Of a stretch of DNA of 64,000 nt, positions 1 through 10,444 are shown in pieces (position 1 is the first letter of the stretch; the number at the start of each line of letters is the position of its first letter). Below the pieces are notes generated by a model. The model did no database searches. It was given only the letters and a program-made list of their open reading frames with translations, and was not told the DNA's origin. The position numbers and the translations under genes were made by a program. This DNA is from Terriglobia bacterium (lineage in GTDB: Bacteria > Acidobacteriota > Terriglobia > Bryobacterales > Bryobacteraceae): the NCBI GenBank assembly GCA_963842485.1, contig CAWJHI010000041.1, positions 1,536 to 65,535 on the forward strand, read 5' to 3'.

Positions 1-162
1 GGTCGTCGGCGTCAACGTATCTCTTACGGCCCGACATTTAGCAGCGGCAGCAACGCAGACTCGTTCACCGCCCACTCCGTTGAACCCACGCGCGCGTTAC
101 ACTTTACGGCAGGGAACATCCCCGATGGACTCCAGCTTGCCCACCCCCTCCACCGCCTAGGC

Positions 163-1140
163 TTAATGCGTGCAGCTTGTTGCCATCGCGTTGCGAGCCG
201 TTATCAACGAACTGTCGCTCGGAAACGTGAAGGCGTTCGTGATGAAACTAAGCTGTGTGGCGATGAAGCTATCCTGCCCTGCCGCGTGGAGCTTGGTCAT
301 GTACTTCATCGTCTTGGATGCCGTCTCGACGCAGATTCAGGCGAACGCTCGGCAGCGGAATCGGTATCCATCCAGCGCAGGAACTTGGGCAAATCTTCGC
401 GGAGGTGCCGGGATAGAGAATACTGACCGTCCCCATTACCACCGAAGTCGTACTGGTAGAGCCACGGGTAGTTGTGTTCGCGGGAGGGCTGTTCCCTGCT
501 CCATCCTGACACTGTGAGTTGAGCGAGACAATCCAGCAGTGGGCGGTGTCATACTCGATGTCTAGCGTCGCACTGTCGTAATACTCAATCCAAGTCTGCA
601 TCCGCGCCCGCACCGGACTATCTTCGACCATGCTGGAGGGGTAGCTGGTTCCTGCCGGGAATACGCTGCTAGAGCCGTTATTGCAGCTTCCGTGCTGCGT
701 GCAGGATGCATACATGCAAGGATAGGGCCACTAAGGTCAGTAGAATGCGAATCGCTTCCACCGGCCATCCACGTGTTATATGTCGAGCGCTGGTCGCCGG
801 GAGCAAATACGTTGTTAATGTCGAAATAGTTCACATCCATTAGATTCGTGATTCCCAGATTGCCCATTTGCGTGTTGAGGGCAATGTTCGTGGTGATAAG
901 CTTGGAAACTATGGGCGAAGCGCTCTGGTCGATACCGGCCTCTACAACGCAGTCTCCCCAGCGTTTTGCGGCCAGTGCGCCCCACTCGCACCGGGATTGG
1001 AGTTTGCTAATTGTTCTGAGTTCCATGATTACATCCAGACTGCGGACGGAGATTGATACGATGGTGAATATCCCGTTGAAGCTGGTATCGGAGACGCCTA
1101 CAACCTGTACTGGGTCGCCGGGAGACGCAACCGTGGCCAC
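163..1140 (-). CDS. hypothetical protein, no family recognised; reading frame broken at least 3 times
   Basis: Minus-strand ORFs 562-1140, 269-715 and 306-512, plus an unlisted tail ending at TAA (163-165), read as protein-like sequence across frame changes. Segments: GDPVQVVGVSDTSFNGIFTIV...NTQMGNLGITNLMDVNYFDINNVFAPGDQRSTYNTW / QTWIEYYDSATLDIEYDTAHCWIVSL / HNYPWLYQYDFGGNGDGQY / TQLSFITNAFTFPSDSSLITARNAMATSCTH*. Plus-strand frames here are not protein-like. GC is visibly lower than in the core (47 % in 841-900 by hand count). Confidence 0.3.
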
Positions 1141-1141
1141 G

Positions 1142-2647
1142 CTTCTGTACGATCCTTCTCCGACGGAAATGAATTGGCGCTCCTGGTTCGGAGCGTTCTA
1201 TGCGGAGGATGTGATCCGCGTGACTTCCCAGCTTACCGTGTCGCTTGGTCTTCGGGATGAATTCAGCAGCGGCTGGAATGAGGCGCACGGCAGGGCCGCA
1301 ACCTACACCTTCACCGATGGAGTCGTTTCAACGCAGCCGAATATCGGAAACTCGGCATTTACGGTAAATCACGCTAAATTTCTGCCGCAACCTAGAATCG
1401 GCCTGGCTTGGAGTCCCTTCCGCAATACCAGCAGGACCGTGATTCGCGCCGGATTCGGTATGTATAACGATCTTCAGGATGCGTTGGGATACCGGACGGA
1501 TCAAAATGCACCATTCAATCCTACTTATAGCCTGCCGAGCGTTCCGGTTAGTCAGCTTCCGGTATTACCGTCTGCGGCCGTGCCGTCAACGGCGAAGCTG
1601 GTTCCTGGCGGTGTCCAGCCAAACCTGTGGACGCCTACCCTCATCTCCTACTCACTCAGAATTCAACAGGAATTGACTCCCAATACAGCTCTGACGGTTG
1701 GGTACGTGGGATCGCATGGTTACCATGAGATTCTCGGTATCGATGCTAATGAGCCCTTCCCGGTAATTTGTCCCGCATCGCCTTGTCCGTCGGCCTACCC
1801 GAGCACTTTTCCCGCGGGCATCGCCGGGACTCCGGTTCCGGCAGGCACGTATTATGTTCCCACGGCGACCAAGCCGAACACTGCGCTCGCCAACACGTGG
1901 ACTTATTTCTCGGAAGCGAACAGTTCGTATAACGCGCTTCAGGTCGACGTAAATCATCGTTTTAGCAACGGCCTTGGGTTCCGGGAAGTGTATACATGCT
2001 CGAAGACGCTGGACGATGGAGATTCGGTAAATGCAACGACCTCCGGGAACGAGCCTGCGCTGGCTTCGAACCCGTTCAATCTTAAAGCCGACTGGGGCTT
2101 GGCGAATTTCGATGTAAGGAATGTCGCGGTGCTCAACGCCACTTATGGGCTGCCTTTCAAACGCGGCTTATTGGCTACCGGGTGGACGCTCAACTCGGTT
2201 GTGACGCTTCAAGGAGGCTTCCCATTTACGCCGCAACTCAGTTACAATCCTTCCAATACCGGGGACACTCGAAATCCGGTTCGTCCGTTCGTGAATCCGG
2301 CTTTTAGCGGACCGGTAATTCTCGGAAATCCAAATCAGTGGTTTAACCCCAACGCATTCCTGGCGCCGCCGAATAGCAGCGGCTTTTACGGAAACCTAGG
2401 TAGAGATACGTTGACCGGTCCCGGTCTAGCGACTTGGGATTTCTCGGTCATAAAAGATACACGATTACGGGATAAGCTGAATCTTCAGTTCCGGGCGGAG
2501 ATATTTAATCTCCTGAATCATCCCAATTTCAACACTCCGAACGCGGTCGTGTTCACCCCGACAGGTGTTTCTCCAACTGCGGGGGTAATTACCAGCACAT
2601 CGACTACGGCGCGGCAGATTCAGCTCGGATTAAAGCTACTCTGGTAA
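1142..2647 (+). pseudogene. TonB-dependent receptor-like outer-membrane beta-barrel, C-terminal ~500 aa only (5'-truncated fragment)
   Basis: Part of ORF 848-2647. From about 1150 it reads like the distal half of an acidobacterial TBDR: NWRSWFGAFYAEDVIRVTSQLTVSLGLRDEF, VIRAGFGMYND, NLQFRAEIFNLLNHPNF, and the C-terminus RQIQLGLKLLW. The first ~100 codons of the ORF are not TBDR-like and overlap a better minus-strand ORF. No plug or CarboxypepD_reg part is visible upstream on this strand. Confidence 0.6.
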
Positions 2648-2652
2648 GCCTA

Positions 2653-3408
2653 ATGCGACTTCGCCGTTCGATCCTGGTTGGGTTGGCCGCGGTTCTGCTA
2701 GGGTGCCAGCCAGGATCGCGAGCGAAGACCGAGGTCACGATTGCGGCGGCCGCGAATCTTACCGGCGTTTTCGATCGCATTGGGCCGGCGTTTGAAGCTC
2801 AAACCGGGATTCATCCGATTTTCAGCTTCGCATCTACGGCGCAACTGGCGCGGCAAATTGAGAACTCCGCGCCGTTCGATGCCTTCATGGCGGCGGACGC
2901 GGAGCATGTCGATGCGCTCGACCGGAAGGGGCTACTGACTGCAGGCAGCCGAGCTGTGTACGCTATCGGCGTCCTAGCTGTCTGGATTCCGCCGACTAGC
3001 CGGGCGAAGGTGAACCGACTGGAGGATTTGACATCGCCCGACGTGCGCGTGATTGCAATCGCGAAACCCGAACTGGCTCCATACGGGCAAGCTTCGATTG
3101 ATGCATTGCGGCGTCTGGGCATCTGGGATCAAGTCAAAGCAAGAGTAGTTTACGCCGAGAACATCAACATGGCGAAACAGTTCGGCACGTCCGGAAACGC
3201 GGACGCGGTGTTCACGGCTTACTCGCTGGTCCTGAATGAGAGCGGGAAGATTATTCGTGTCGACCCGAGCCTACACGCGCCGATCGAGCAGACGCTCGGA
3301 ATTGTGGCGCATTCCGCACATCAGCAGGCAGCGCGGGAATTCGTGACTTTTATAACTAGCGGCGGCGGAAAAGCTATTTTGGGCAGCTTCGGGTATGAGG
3401 TACCTTAA
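2653..3408 (+). CDS. modA: molybdate ABC transporter substrate-binding protein ModA
   Basis: 251 aa with a lipoprotein-like signal (LLGCQPGS). ModA-like segments: TIAAAANLTGVFDRIGPAFEAQTGI...FSFASTAQLARQIENSAPFDAFMAADAEHVD and VIAIAKPELAPYGQASIDAL. Starts 5 nt after the TBDR fragment stop. Confidence 0.8.
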   Translation: MRLRRSILVGLAAVLLGCQPGSRAKTEVTIAAAANLTGVFDRIGPAFEAQTGIHPIFSFASTAQLARQIENSAPFDAFMAADAEHVDALDRKGLLTAGSRAVYAIGVLAVWIPPTSRAKVNRLEDLTSPDVRVIAIAKPELAPYGQASIDALRRLGIWDQVKARVVYAENINMAKQFGTSGNADAVFTAYSLVLNESGKIIRVDPSLHAPIEQTLGIVAHSAHQQAAREFVTFITSGGGKAILGSFGYEVP

Positions 3409-3409
3409 G

Positions 3410-4673
3410 CTACTTGCCGCCTTTATAGATCACGCGCCAGATTTTACCTTTCTGGCTATCGGCAATATACAGCGATCCGTCCGGAGCTTGGGCTACGCCG
3501 TCGGCGCGCGCCACGGCGTCATTAGGATTCATCAGCGGCGACTTGCCGGCGAAACCGTTGGCAAAAATCTCATAGCTGCCGGATGGCTTGCCGTCCACGA
3601 ATGGTTGAAAGGTCACGTTATATCCATCCTGCGGCATCGGCGCCCGGTTCCAGGATCCATGAAAGGCTATGAATGCGCCACCTTTATAATGGGCCGGAAA
3701 CTGACCGCCGGTATAAAACATTAAGTCGACCGGCGCCCAGTGGGCTGGAAAGCTCGCCACCGGCAAGGTGAATTCACTGCACCGGCCGACAGTCTTGCCG
3801 TCGCCGCCGTATTCCGGATTTAACAGAAGCTTTTTCAGACCGTAGTCATAGAAGCAATAGGGCCAGCCGAAGTTCGAGCCTTCGACGGCGCGGTACATCG
3901 GCTCGGCCGGGCGCTCGGCGTTGTCCTGCGCGGTGAAATGCTCCGGAAACAATACGTCGAGCTGATCGCGATTGTTCATGACGATGTATACCGCGCCATC
4001 GTGCCAGGCGATGGCCGGCATCTGACGAAGTCCGGTGGCGAAGCGCACACCGTCGGATTGCTTTTGCCCCAGTTTGTTCTGGTCGAACTTCCAGATGCCG
4101 CCGTGCTGTTCGAGGATCGGGCAGGGGTCCTGGCCGGCCACTTTGGGCTGGCGATCCTTGGATTGGCACGCGTTCGACGGCGCGCCGACGTTCACATAAA
4201 GCGAACCCTTGCCGTCGAAAGCGATGCCCTTGTCCCCGTGCTGATTGACTCCTTCGAGACCCGAGACGACGATCTCCGGCGGGCCCGCAGGCTTCAACTG
4301 GCCGGAACGTCATCTTGTATCGCTCCACGGAATTAACCTTGGCGACGTAGAGATACCCGTTGCGAAAGGCGACACCGGTGCTGCTGCCCTCTCCAAATTT
4401 CTCCTGGATCTCGAAACGTCCGTCGCCGTCGGCGTCTCGCAGCGCAACGATTCCTCCGGCGCGGTTCCGTCCTCCCAAGAGGGCGACGTAAATGTCTCCA
4501 TTCGCGGCGACGGCCAAGTGACGCGCGGGGCCGATGTTGTCGGCGACGACCAGGGCGCAGAATCCGCCGGGAAGCTGGATCCCGCCATTGTCGCCGTCAC
4601 AGGCCGGCGGAGCAGCGGCCACTCCGAATCCGGCTACAAAAAGTGTGGCCGCGGCGCGGCTAAGAAAGGTCAC
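3410..4673 (-). CDS. secreted PQQ-dependent sugar (sorbosone/aldose) dehydrogenase-like beta-propeller; one frame break near 4300
   Basis: ORF 3846-4673 gives the signal peptide and N-terminus (MTFLSRAAATLFVAG...GDIYVALLGG...GYLYVAKVNSVERYKM). ORF 3410-4297 gives the rest (GKGSLYVNVGAPSNACQ, GGIWKFD, SNFGWPYCFYD, DGSLYIADSQKGKIWRVIY). AGGAG lies before the GTG start. Confidence 0.7.
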
Positions 4674-4889
4674 TCTGTTCTCCTAATTTGAGCATCTCAC
4701 GAATTGTGAAGTGCATATATTAATGATGCGCGTGCGCATTGAGCCGATGCGGGGAAGGGTTATGGTAGCCAGCGCTTTGCAGTGGTGTCAAGAACATTAA
4801 GGTCAGGCCCCATTACGTCCCTTCCCCGGAACCATGCGATGCGCACGCGAGGGCGGGCGGATTCCCTGGTAAACTATAAACGACGAACC

Positions 4890-5198
4890 ATGCGGCTCGG
4901 ACGCATCATTCTCGCGAGTCTGACGGCCCTTGCGGCATCGTACTCGTACGCGCAAAGTTTGCCGCGGCCAGTGGCTCAATCCGAATCGCTGCCCCGGTTG
5001 TTGCAGGCCGTGGCGCCGCTCCTGGTGAGCGCGGGAGACTCGGCTGGCACCACGCCGGTTCCGTTGGCGTCTCACGCGGTGTTCACGCTGGCGGCGCTGG
5101 TGCGGACCCCGCTGGTTGGTTCGTTGTGTCTGGTCTCGAGCTTTACCGCAGTCAACCTGTCCGCGCGACGGCACCAACGGGCTCTCCTCCGCTGCTGA
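4890..5198 (+). CDS. possible small secreted protein
   Basis: Internal ATG of ORF 4782-5198 gives MRLGRIILASLTALAASYSYAQS (signal-peptide-like). The remainder is low complexity and no family is recognised. Confidence 0.2.
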   Translation: MRLGRIILASLTALAASYSYAQSLPRPVAQSESLPRLLQAVAPLLVSAGDSAGTTPVPLASHAVFTLAALVRTPLVGSLCLVSSFTAVNLSARRHQRALLRC

Positions 5199-5260
5199 TC
5201 CGGCTGCATCCAAGCGGCCGCTTTGTGTAAGCAGGATCAATATTCTGGAGGTGCAATCCA

Positions 5261-8120
5261 ATGATCGATAATTTTCTCGCGAAAATCTTCGGGACGAAGC
5301 ACGATCGCGAAGTTAAGAGGATGCGGCCGACCATCGCCGCGATGAATGAATTAGAGCCGCAGATGCAGGCGATGACGGATGAAGAACTGGCGGCGCAGAC
5401 GGTGAAGTTCCGCGAACAACTGGCGCAGGGCGCGCCGCTCGAGGATCTGATGATCCCGGCTTTCGCCACGGTGCGCGAGGCCGGGCGCCGCGTGCTGAAT
5501 ATGCGTCATTTCGATGTCCAGTTGATTGGCGGCGTGGTTCTGCATCGGGGAAAAATCGCCGAGATGAAGACCGGTGAAGGCAAGACGCTGGTGGCCACTT
5601 TGCCGGTGTATCTGAACGCGCTGGCGGGCAAGGGCGTGCACGTAGTGACGGTCAACGACTACCTGGCCAAGCGCGACTCGGAGTGGATGGGCCGGCTGTA
5701 CAAGGCGCTGGGGATGACGGTGGGTGTGATCGTTCACGATCTGGACGACGAAGAGCGGCGCGCGAGTTACGCGTGCGACATCACTTACGGCACCAACAAC
5801 GAGTTCGGCTTCGATTACCTGCGCGACAACATGAAGTTCCGCATCGCGGACTGCGTGCAGCGGGAACATGCTTTCGCCATCGTGGACGAAGTGGACTCGA
5901 TCCTGATCGACGAAGCGAGGACTCCGCTGATTATTTCCGGCCCCAGCGAAGAGTCGACGGATAAATATTACAAGATTAACCGCATTATTCCGCGGCTGAT
6001 TCGCGGCGAAGTGATCGAAGGGAAAGAACCCGGCCAAAAGTACACCACCGGCGATTACACCGTCGACGAAAAGCATCGCAGCGTCGCGTTGACCGAGGAG
6101 GGGTCGATCAAGGTCGAGAAGCTCCTGGGTCTGAACAATTTGTATGACGCGATCAACATGGAGCTGAATCATCACGTGCAGCAGGGGCTGAAGGCGCATG
6201 TGCTGTTCCATCGCGATCGGGACTACGTGGTGAAGGACGATGAAGTCATCATCGTGGATGAGTTCACGGGCCGGCTGATGCCGGGGCGGCGCTGGAGCGA
6301 CGGGTTGCACCAGGCTGTGGAGGCCAAAGAGGGCGTGAAGATCCAGCGCGAAAACCAGACGCTGGCGACCATTACGTTCCAGAATTACTTCCGCATGTAC
6401 AAGAAGCTGGCCGGCATGACGGGCACGGCGGACACGGAAGCGGCGGAGTTCGAGAAGATTTATAAACTCGACATCACCGTGATTCCGACGAATCGCACGC
6501 TGCTCCGCAAGGAGTTTCAGGACGTCGTGTACCGGACCGAAGAGGAAAAATTCCGGAACGCGGCCAAAGAGATTAAAGAATGCTACGAGCGAGGCCAGCC
6601 CGTGCTGGTGGGCACCGTTTCGGTGGAAAAATCAGAGAAATTATCGGCCCTGTTGAAGAAAATGGGGTTGAAGAATCACACGGTACTGAACGCGAAGAAT
6701 CACGAAAATGAAGCGTTCATCGTGGCTCAGGCGGGCGCAAGGGCGTGGTGACGGTTTCCACCAACATGGCCGGCCGGGGAACCGATATTTTGCTCGGCGG
6801 CAACCCGGAGTACATGGCGAAGGAGCAGCTTCGCAAACAGGGGAAGGACCCGGATCGAATGCAGACGGCCGCGGTCGGGACGCCGGAACGGCAGGAGTGG
6901 GATGCGCTGCTGACCAAGTACAGAGCGGAGACGGCGGCGGAGCATGACGAAGTGGTCGAGCCTGGGCGGGCTGCACATCGTGGGCACGGAGCGGCACGAA
7001 TCGCGGCGCATCGACAATCAGCTTCGCGGACGAGCCGGACGCCAGGGCGATCCCGGCAGCGCGCGCTTTTACCTGTCCTTGCAGGACGATCTGATGCGCA
7101 TTTTCGGCGGCCAGCGCATGCAGACGCTGATGCTGCGGCTGGGCATGGAAGAGGATGTGCCGATCGAGAGCAAGATGATCACCAAGCGAATTGCGGCGGC
7201 GCAGAAGGCTGTGGAGGCGCAGAACTTCGCATCGCGCAAACACATTCTCGAGTACGACGACGTGATGAACAAGCAGCGCCAGGCGGTGTACGGGATGCGC
7301 CGGGCGCTGCTCGAGGGCCAGGATCAGAAGGAGCGAGTCACCGAGATCATCGGCGGGATTCTCGCATCGTTCATCGACCTCCGCTGCCCCGAAAAAGGAC
7401 ATTCGCAGCCAATGGGACTGGACCGGCCTGGAGACCGATATTCTGACGCAGTTCGGCGTAAAGATCCGGAAGGAGGAGTTGCTGGACCTGGATCGCCGCC
7501 AGATGGAAGAAGCCATCAACGAGCAACTGGTGAAGAAATACCAGGAAAAAGAGGCCATGGTCGGCCCCGAGCTGATGCGGGAAACCGAGCGCATGATCAT
7601 GCTCAACGTCATCGACAACCAGTGGAAAGACCACCTGTTGTCGATGGACCACCTGAAAGAAGGCATCGGCCTGCGCGGTTACGGTCAGAAGGATCCGCTG
7701 GTCGAGTACAAGAAGGAATCCTATGTCCTGTTCCAGGACATGATGGATCGCATCGAAGACGAGACCATCCGCTGGCTGTTCTTCATGCAGCGCAGCGAGG
7801 AGCCGATGCAGCAGGTTCCGCATCCGGAGTTGTGGGAGGATGAACCGGAGGAGGAAGACGGCGGAGAGCCGGAGGCGGTGGCGGTGGCGGCGGCTCACGA
7901 ACAAAGGCAGTTGGAACAGCGGCAGGCCGCACAGAATTCGGTGCTCGACCTGACGCGCAATATTCAACGCAAGAAGGAAAAGGAACTGGCGGCGCTTCAA
8001 TTCGTCGGCGGCGAGGCGTCGGCGGTGAAGCAGCCGGTGATCGCGGAGAAAAAGGCCGGGCGCAACGATCCGTGCCCGTGCGGAAGCGGAAAGAAGTACA
8101 AGAAATGCCACGGAGCATGA
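5261..8120 (+). CDS. secA: preprotein translocase ATPase SecA; 3 frame breaks (about 6740, 6950, 7395)
   Basis: ORFs 5261-6751, 6745-7446, 6944-7843 and 7479-8120 concatenate into a full SecA. Motifs: [75 protein letters not shown], and the C-terminal zinc motif [14 protein letters not shown]. Confidence 0.95.
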
Positions 8121-9102
8121 TACTCGCGTCACCATTTCGCTGCGTTGCTGGGGTTGGGGGTCTCGCGTCCGGCGCGATTTTCCCGGATCAGATGGGGGCT
8201 TTCAAGAAGGGCGAGCTGAAGACCATCGGGGTCCCGGACCAGGCGCTGTACAACGAGTACGGACTCGACGCGGCGGAGCAGGCGGCTATACGTTTCGGAC
8301 GAGGGCCAGTTCACGGCATCGGCGTGGCGGTTTCGGGATTCGACCGGCGCGATGGCGATGTTTGAGGCGCGGCGTCCATCCGGGGCGACGCGAGCGAGAC
8401 ACGACGAAGCTGGCGGTCCGGACCTCCGACGGGGTAATTTTCGCTTACGGGAACTATGTGTTCCAATTCACCGGGACGCTGCCGCCGGCGGCCGAACTTG
8501 CAGCAGCTTTACGCGAACCTGCCGAGGCTGGAGCAGTCTCCCCTGCCCGCGCTGGTCGACCGATCTTGCCGGTGGATGGCCTGGTTCCCAACTCGGAACG
8601 ATATGTGGTGGGGCCGGTGTCTTTAGACCGCTTTTTCGGAGGGATGGCGCCGTCCATGGCTGCATTCCACCTGGGGGCCGAGGCGCAGGTGGGGAAGTAC
8701 CAGACGGCCAAGGGATTGCTTACGCTGGCGATCTTCAGCTATCCGACTCCGAACATGGCTCGCGAAAGGTACCAGGAGTTTCAAAAAATACCGGGCGCGG
8801 TAGCCCGCAGGGTGGGCTCGCTGGTGGCGATCACGATTGCGCCTCCCGATGCGGATGCGGCGGAGCGGGTCCTTTCCAAGGTGAAGTACGAGACGAATCT
8901 CACGTGGAATGAGAAAGTTCCGGAGAATGAGATCAAGGGAACCGCGAAGTTGATTATCAACATTTTCATCTTCTCAGGCTTATTGGTCGGACTATGTCTG
9001 ATCGCGGGGTTACTGTATGGCGGCGCTAGGGTTTTCGCTCGCAAGCTGAACCGGGGCGAGGACCCGGACGCCATGATCACGCTGCATCTCGGTGGCAAAT
9101 AA
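8117..9102 (+). CDS. hypothetical exported, C-terminally membrane-anchored protein; at least 2 frame breaks
   Basis: Its ATG overlaps the secA stop (ATGA at 8117-8120). ORFs 8072-8365, 8352-8912 and 8362-9102 join. C-terminal TM segment: LIINIFIFSGLLVGLCLIAGLLYGG. No family recognised. Confidence 0.5.
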
Positions 9103-9253
9103 CCCTCGGAATTTCGGGCTGTTAGACCGGAAACGGGGGCCTTGAGGAACGGTTTGCGAACAGCTTTTCCACAGCGGGTCCACATCCCTGTATGCGGCTA
9201 AGCCATTCCGGGTGAGTGGTTTAAAGCCGGAACGTCGCTGGGCAGTTTTTTCC

Positions 9254-9282
9254 TTGACATCACCCGCCGCACGCCCTAATAT
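9254..9282 (+). promoter_or_regulatory. sigma70-type promoter, TTGACA-17 nt-TAATAT
   Basis: TTGACA at 9254-9259, an exact 17-nt spacer, and TAATAT at 9277-9282, in a 420-bp intergenic region. Confidence 0.55.
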
Positions 9283-9288
9283 CCAATC

Positions 9289-9397
9289 ACACAGGTTATG
9301 GCGGTTGCGATGCCGTCGAATCTGATTCTCCCATGTACATCACCCTGCTAATACCAGGGAATGCGAAATGCTCACCTCTGGGTGAGCATTTTCGTTT
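9289..9397 (+). ncRNA. candidate ~108-nt small RNA (or 17-codon micro-ORF transcript) bounded by promoter and intrinsic terminator
   Basis: The predicted start is about 7 nt after the -10 box. Internal hairpin CCCTG-7nt-CAGGG at 9343-9359. Perfect 11-bp stem AAATGCTCACC/GGTGAGCATTT (9366-9391) with a 4-nt loop and a T-rich tail. It contains ATG 9298 to TAA 9351 (MAVAMPSNLILPCTSPC). I recognise no known RNA family motif. Confidence 0.4.
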
Positions 9398-9525
9398 GCG
9401 GGAGACGCTCTCAAACGGTCCTGCCAGCGAATCCGGCGCGCCAGGTGCGGTCAACCTCGATTGATCTTTGGCTGGGTGGCCGGAAGTATGTTACCATCCG
9501 TTTTGAGCGCTCCATCGACCTCGCG

Positions 9526-9619
<94 letters not shown>

Positions 9620-9644
9620 CCTTGTGATTTCGCGGATCAAAATC

Positions 9645-9680
9645 AACAGGGGCATCCGAAATACCGGACGCCCCTGTTTT
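9645..9680. terminator. bidirectional intrinsic terminator between tRNA-Ser and rpsU
   Basis: Stem CAGGGGC (9647-9653) pairs with GCCCCTG (9670-9676), with an inner TCCG/CGGA stem. TTTT follows on the plus strand and an A-run precedes it, which is a T-run on the minus strand. Confidence 0.6.
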
Positions 9681-9700
9681 ACTCGGAAAATGACCGAATG

Positions 9701-9898
9701 CTATTCGGTGTCGCGGGTGCGCTTCTTGCGATTCCGCTTACGCGCCAGCGCCTCTTTCGTGCGCTGCTTCTCACCAGGCTTCAAGTAGAACGAGTGTCTC
9801 TTGATTTCCTTGATGATGTCCTCCTGCTGGACTTTACGCTTAAAACGCCGTAGGGCGCTCTCGAGCGTTTCACCGTCCTGGATGTGGACTTCTGCCAA
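9701..9898 (-). CDS. rpsU: 30S ribosomal protein S21
   Basis: 65 aa: MAEVHIQDGETLESALRRFKRKVQQEDIIKEIKRHSFYLKPGEKQR, with a basic tail. Confidence 0.95.
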   Translation of the reverse strand: MAEVHIQDGETLESALRRFKRKVQQEDIIKEIKRHSFYLKPGEKQRTKEALARKRNRKKRTRDTE

Positions 9899-9954
9899 AC
9901 GCGACTCACCTCGCTTTCCGTTCGAAATATCAGGATAGCAGTTATTCTGAGTGA

Positions 9955-10425
9955 ATGATCGAAATCCAGCCGATTGGCGTGGTCCGGTCGCCGGTAGATA
10001 GTCCGGCGCGCGACGAGAATTGGGGCGGCGTCCTTTCTACCATTGAGCTGGACGCCGGAATGCTGGGCCCGCGCGCCACGGCGGGCCTTGAGGAATTCTC
10101 GCATATCGTCGTAGTTTTTCACTTCCACAAAGTCGACGTGGATCGAGTGGAATCGGGCGCGCGTCATCCTAAAGGGCGAAAGGACTGGCCTGAAGTCGGC
10201 ATCCTGGCGCAGCGGGCGAAAGCGCGGCCGAATCGTCTGGGGGTTTCGACGTGCCGGCTGGTGAAAGTCATCGGACTGCGGCTGACCCTGCTCGATCTGG
10301 ACGCGATTGAGGGGACGCCGGTGATCGACGTGAAGCCGTATATGGTCGAGTTCGGTCCGCAGGGCGAAGTGCGTCAGCCGACGTGGGCTACGGAGCTGAT
10401 GTCGACCTACTTTTCCAAGTTGTAA
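9955..10425 (+). CDS. trmO: TsaA/YaeB-family tRNA methyltransferase (TrmO-like)
   Basis: 156 aa: IQPIGVVRSP..., FSHIVVVFHFH, RPNRLGVSTCRLVKV, LDAIEGTPVIDVKPY. Confidence 0.8.
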   Translation: MIEIQPIGVVRSPVDSPARDENWGGVLSTIELDAGMLGPRATAGLEEFSHIVVVFHFHKVDVDRVESGARHPKGRKDWPEVGILAQRAKARPNRLGVSTCRLVKVIGLRLTLLDLDAIEGTPVIDVKPYMVEFGPQGEVRQPTWATELMSTYFSKL

Positions 10426-10444
10426 CTACGTGGCTGAGTTGTAG

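Noticed and set aside
1-162. Possible coding sequence at the extreme left end. Plus frame 1 reads YGPTFSSGSNADSFTAHSVEPTRALHFTAGNIPDGLQLAHP.
   Set aside because: It is too short and cut by the window edge. No motif is recognisable and there is no way to choose between frames.
4726-4739. The perfect 14-nt palindrome ATGCGCGTGCGCAT in the divergent region upstream of the PQQ-dehydrogenase gene, as an operator.
   Set aside because: It occurs only once, is a GC-rich self-complementary sequence of a kind common in this genome, and has no adjacent regulator gene. I cannot support it without comparative data.
5261-8120. secA, and likewise lipA, lgt, both MoxR genes and the TonB receptor, as genuine pseudogenes.
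   Set aside because: Each piece is otherwise perfectly conserved with no substitution-type decay. The breaks are single-nucleotide and often in homopolymers, and they hit essential genes. An assembly indel is the simpler explanation, but it still needs read-level confirmation.
9298-9351. The 17-codon ORF as a leader peptide attenuating the downstream tRNA-Ser, or a Ser-responsive attenuator.
   Set aside because: It has only two Ser codons (TCG, TCA), and neither is read by the GCU anticodon. The tRNA lies about 130 nt beyond the terminator and has its own plausible promoter-like sequence (TTGATC...AAGTAT around 9461-9489).
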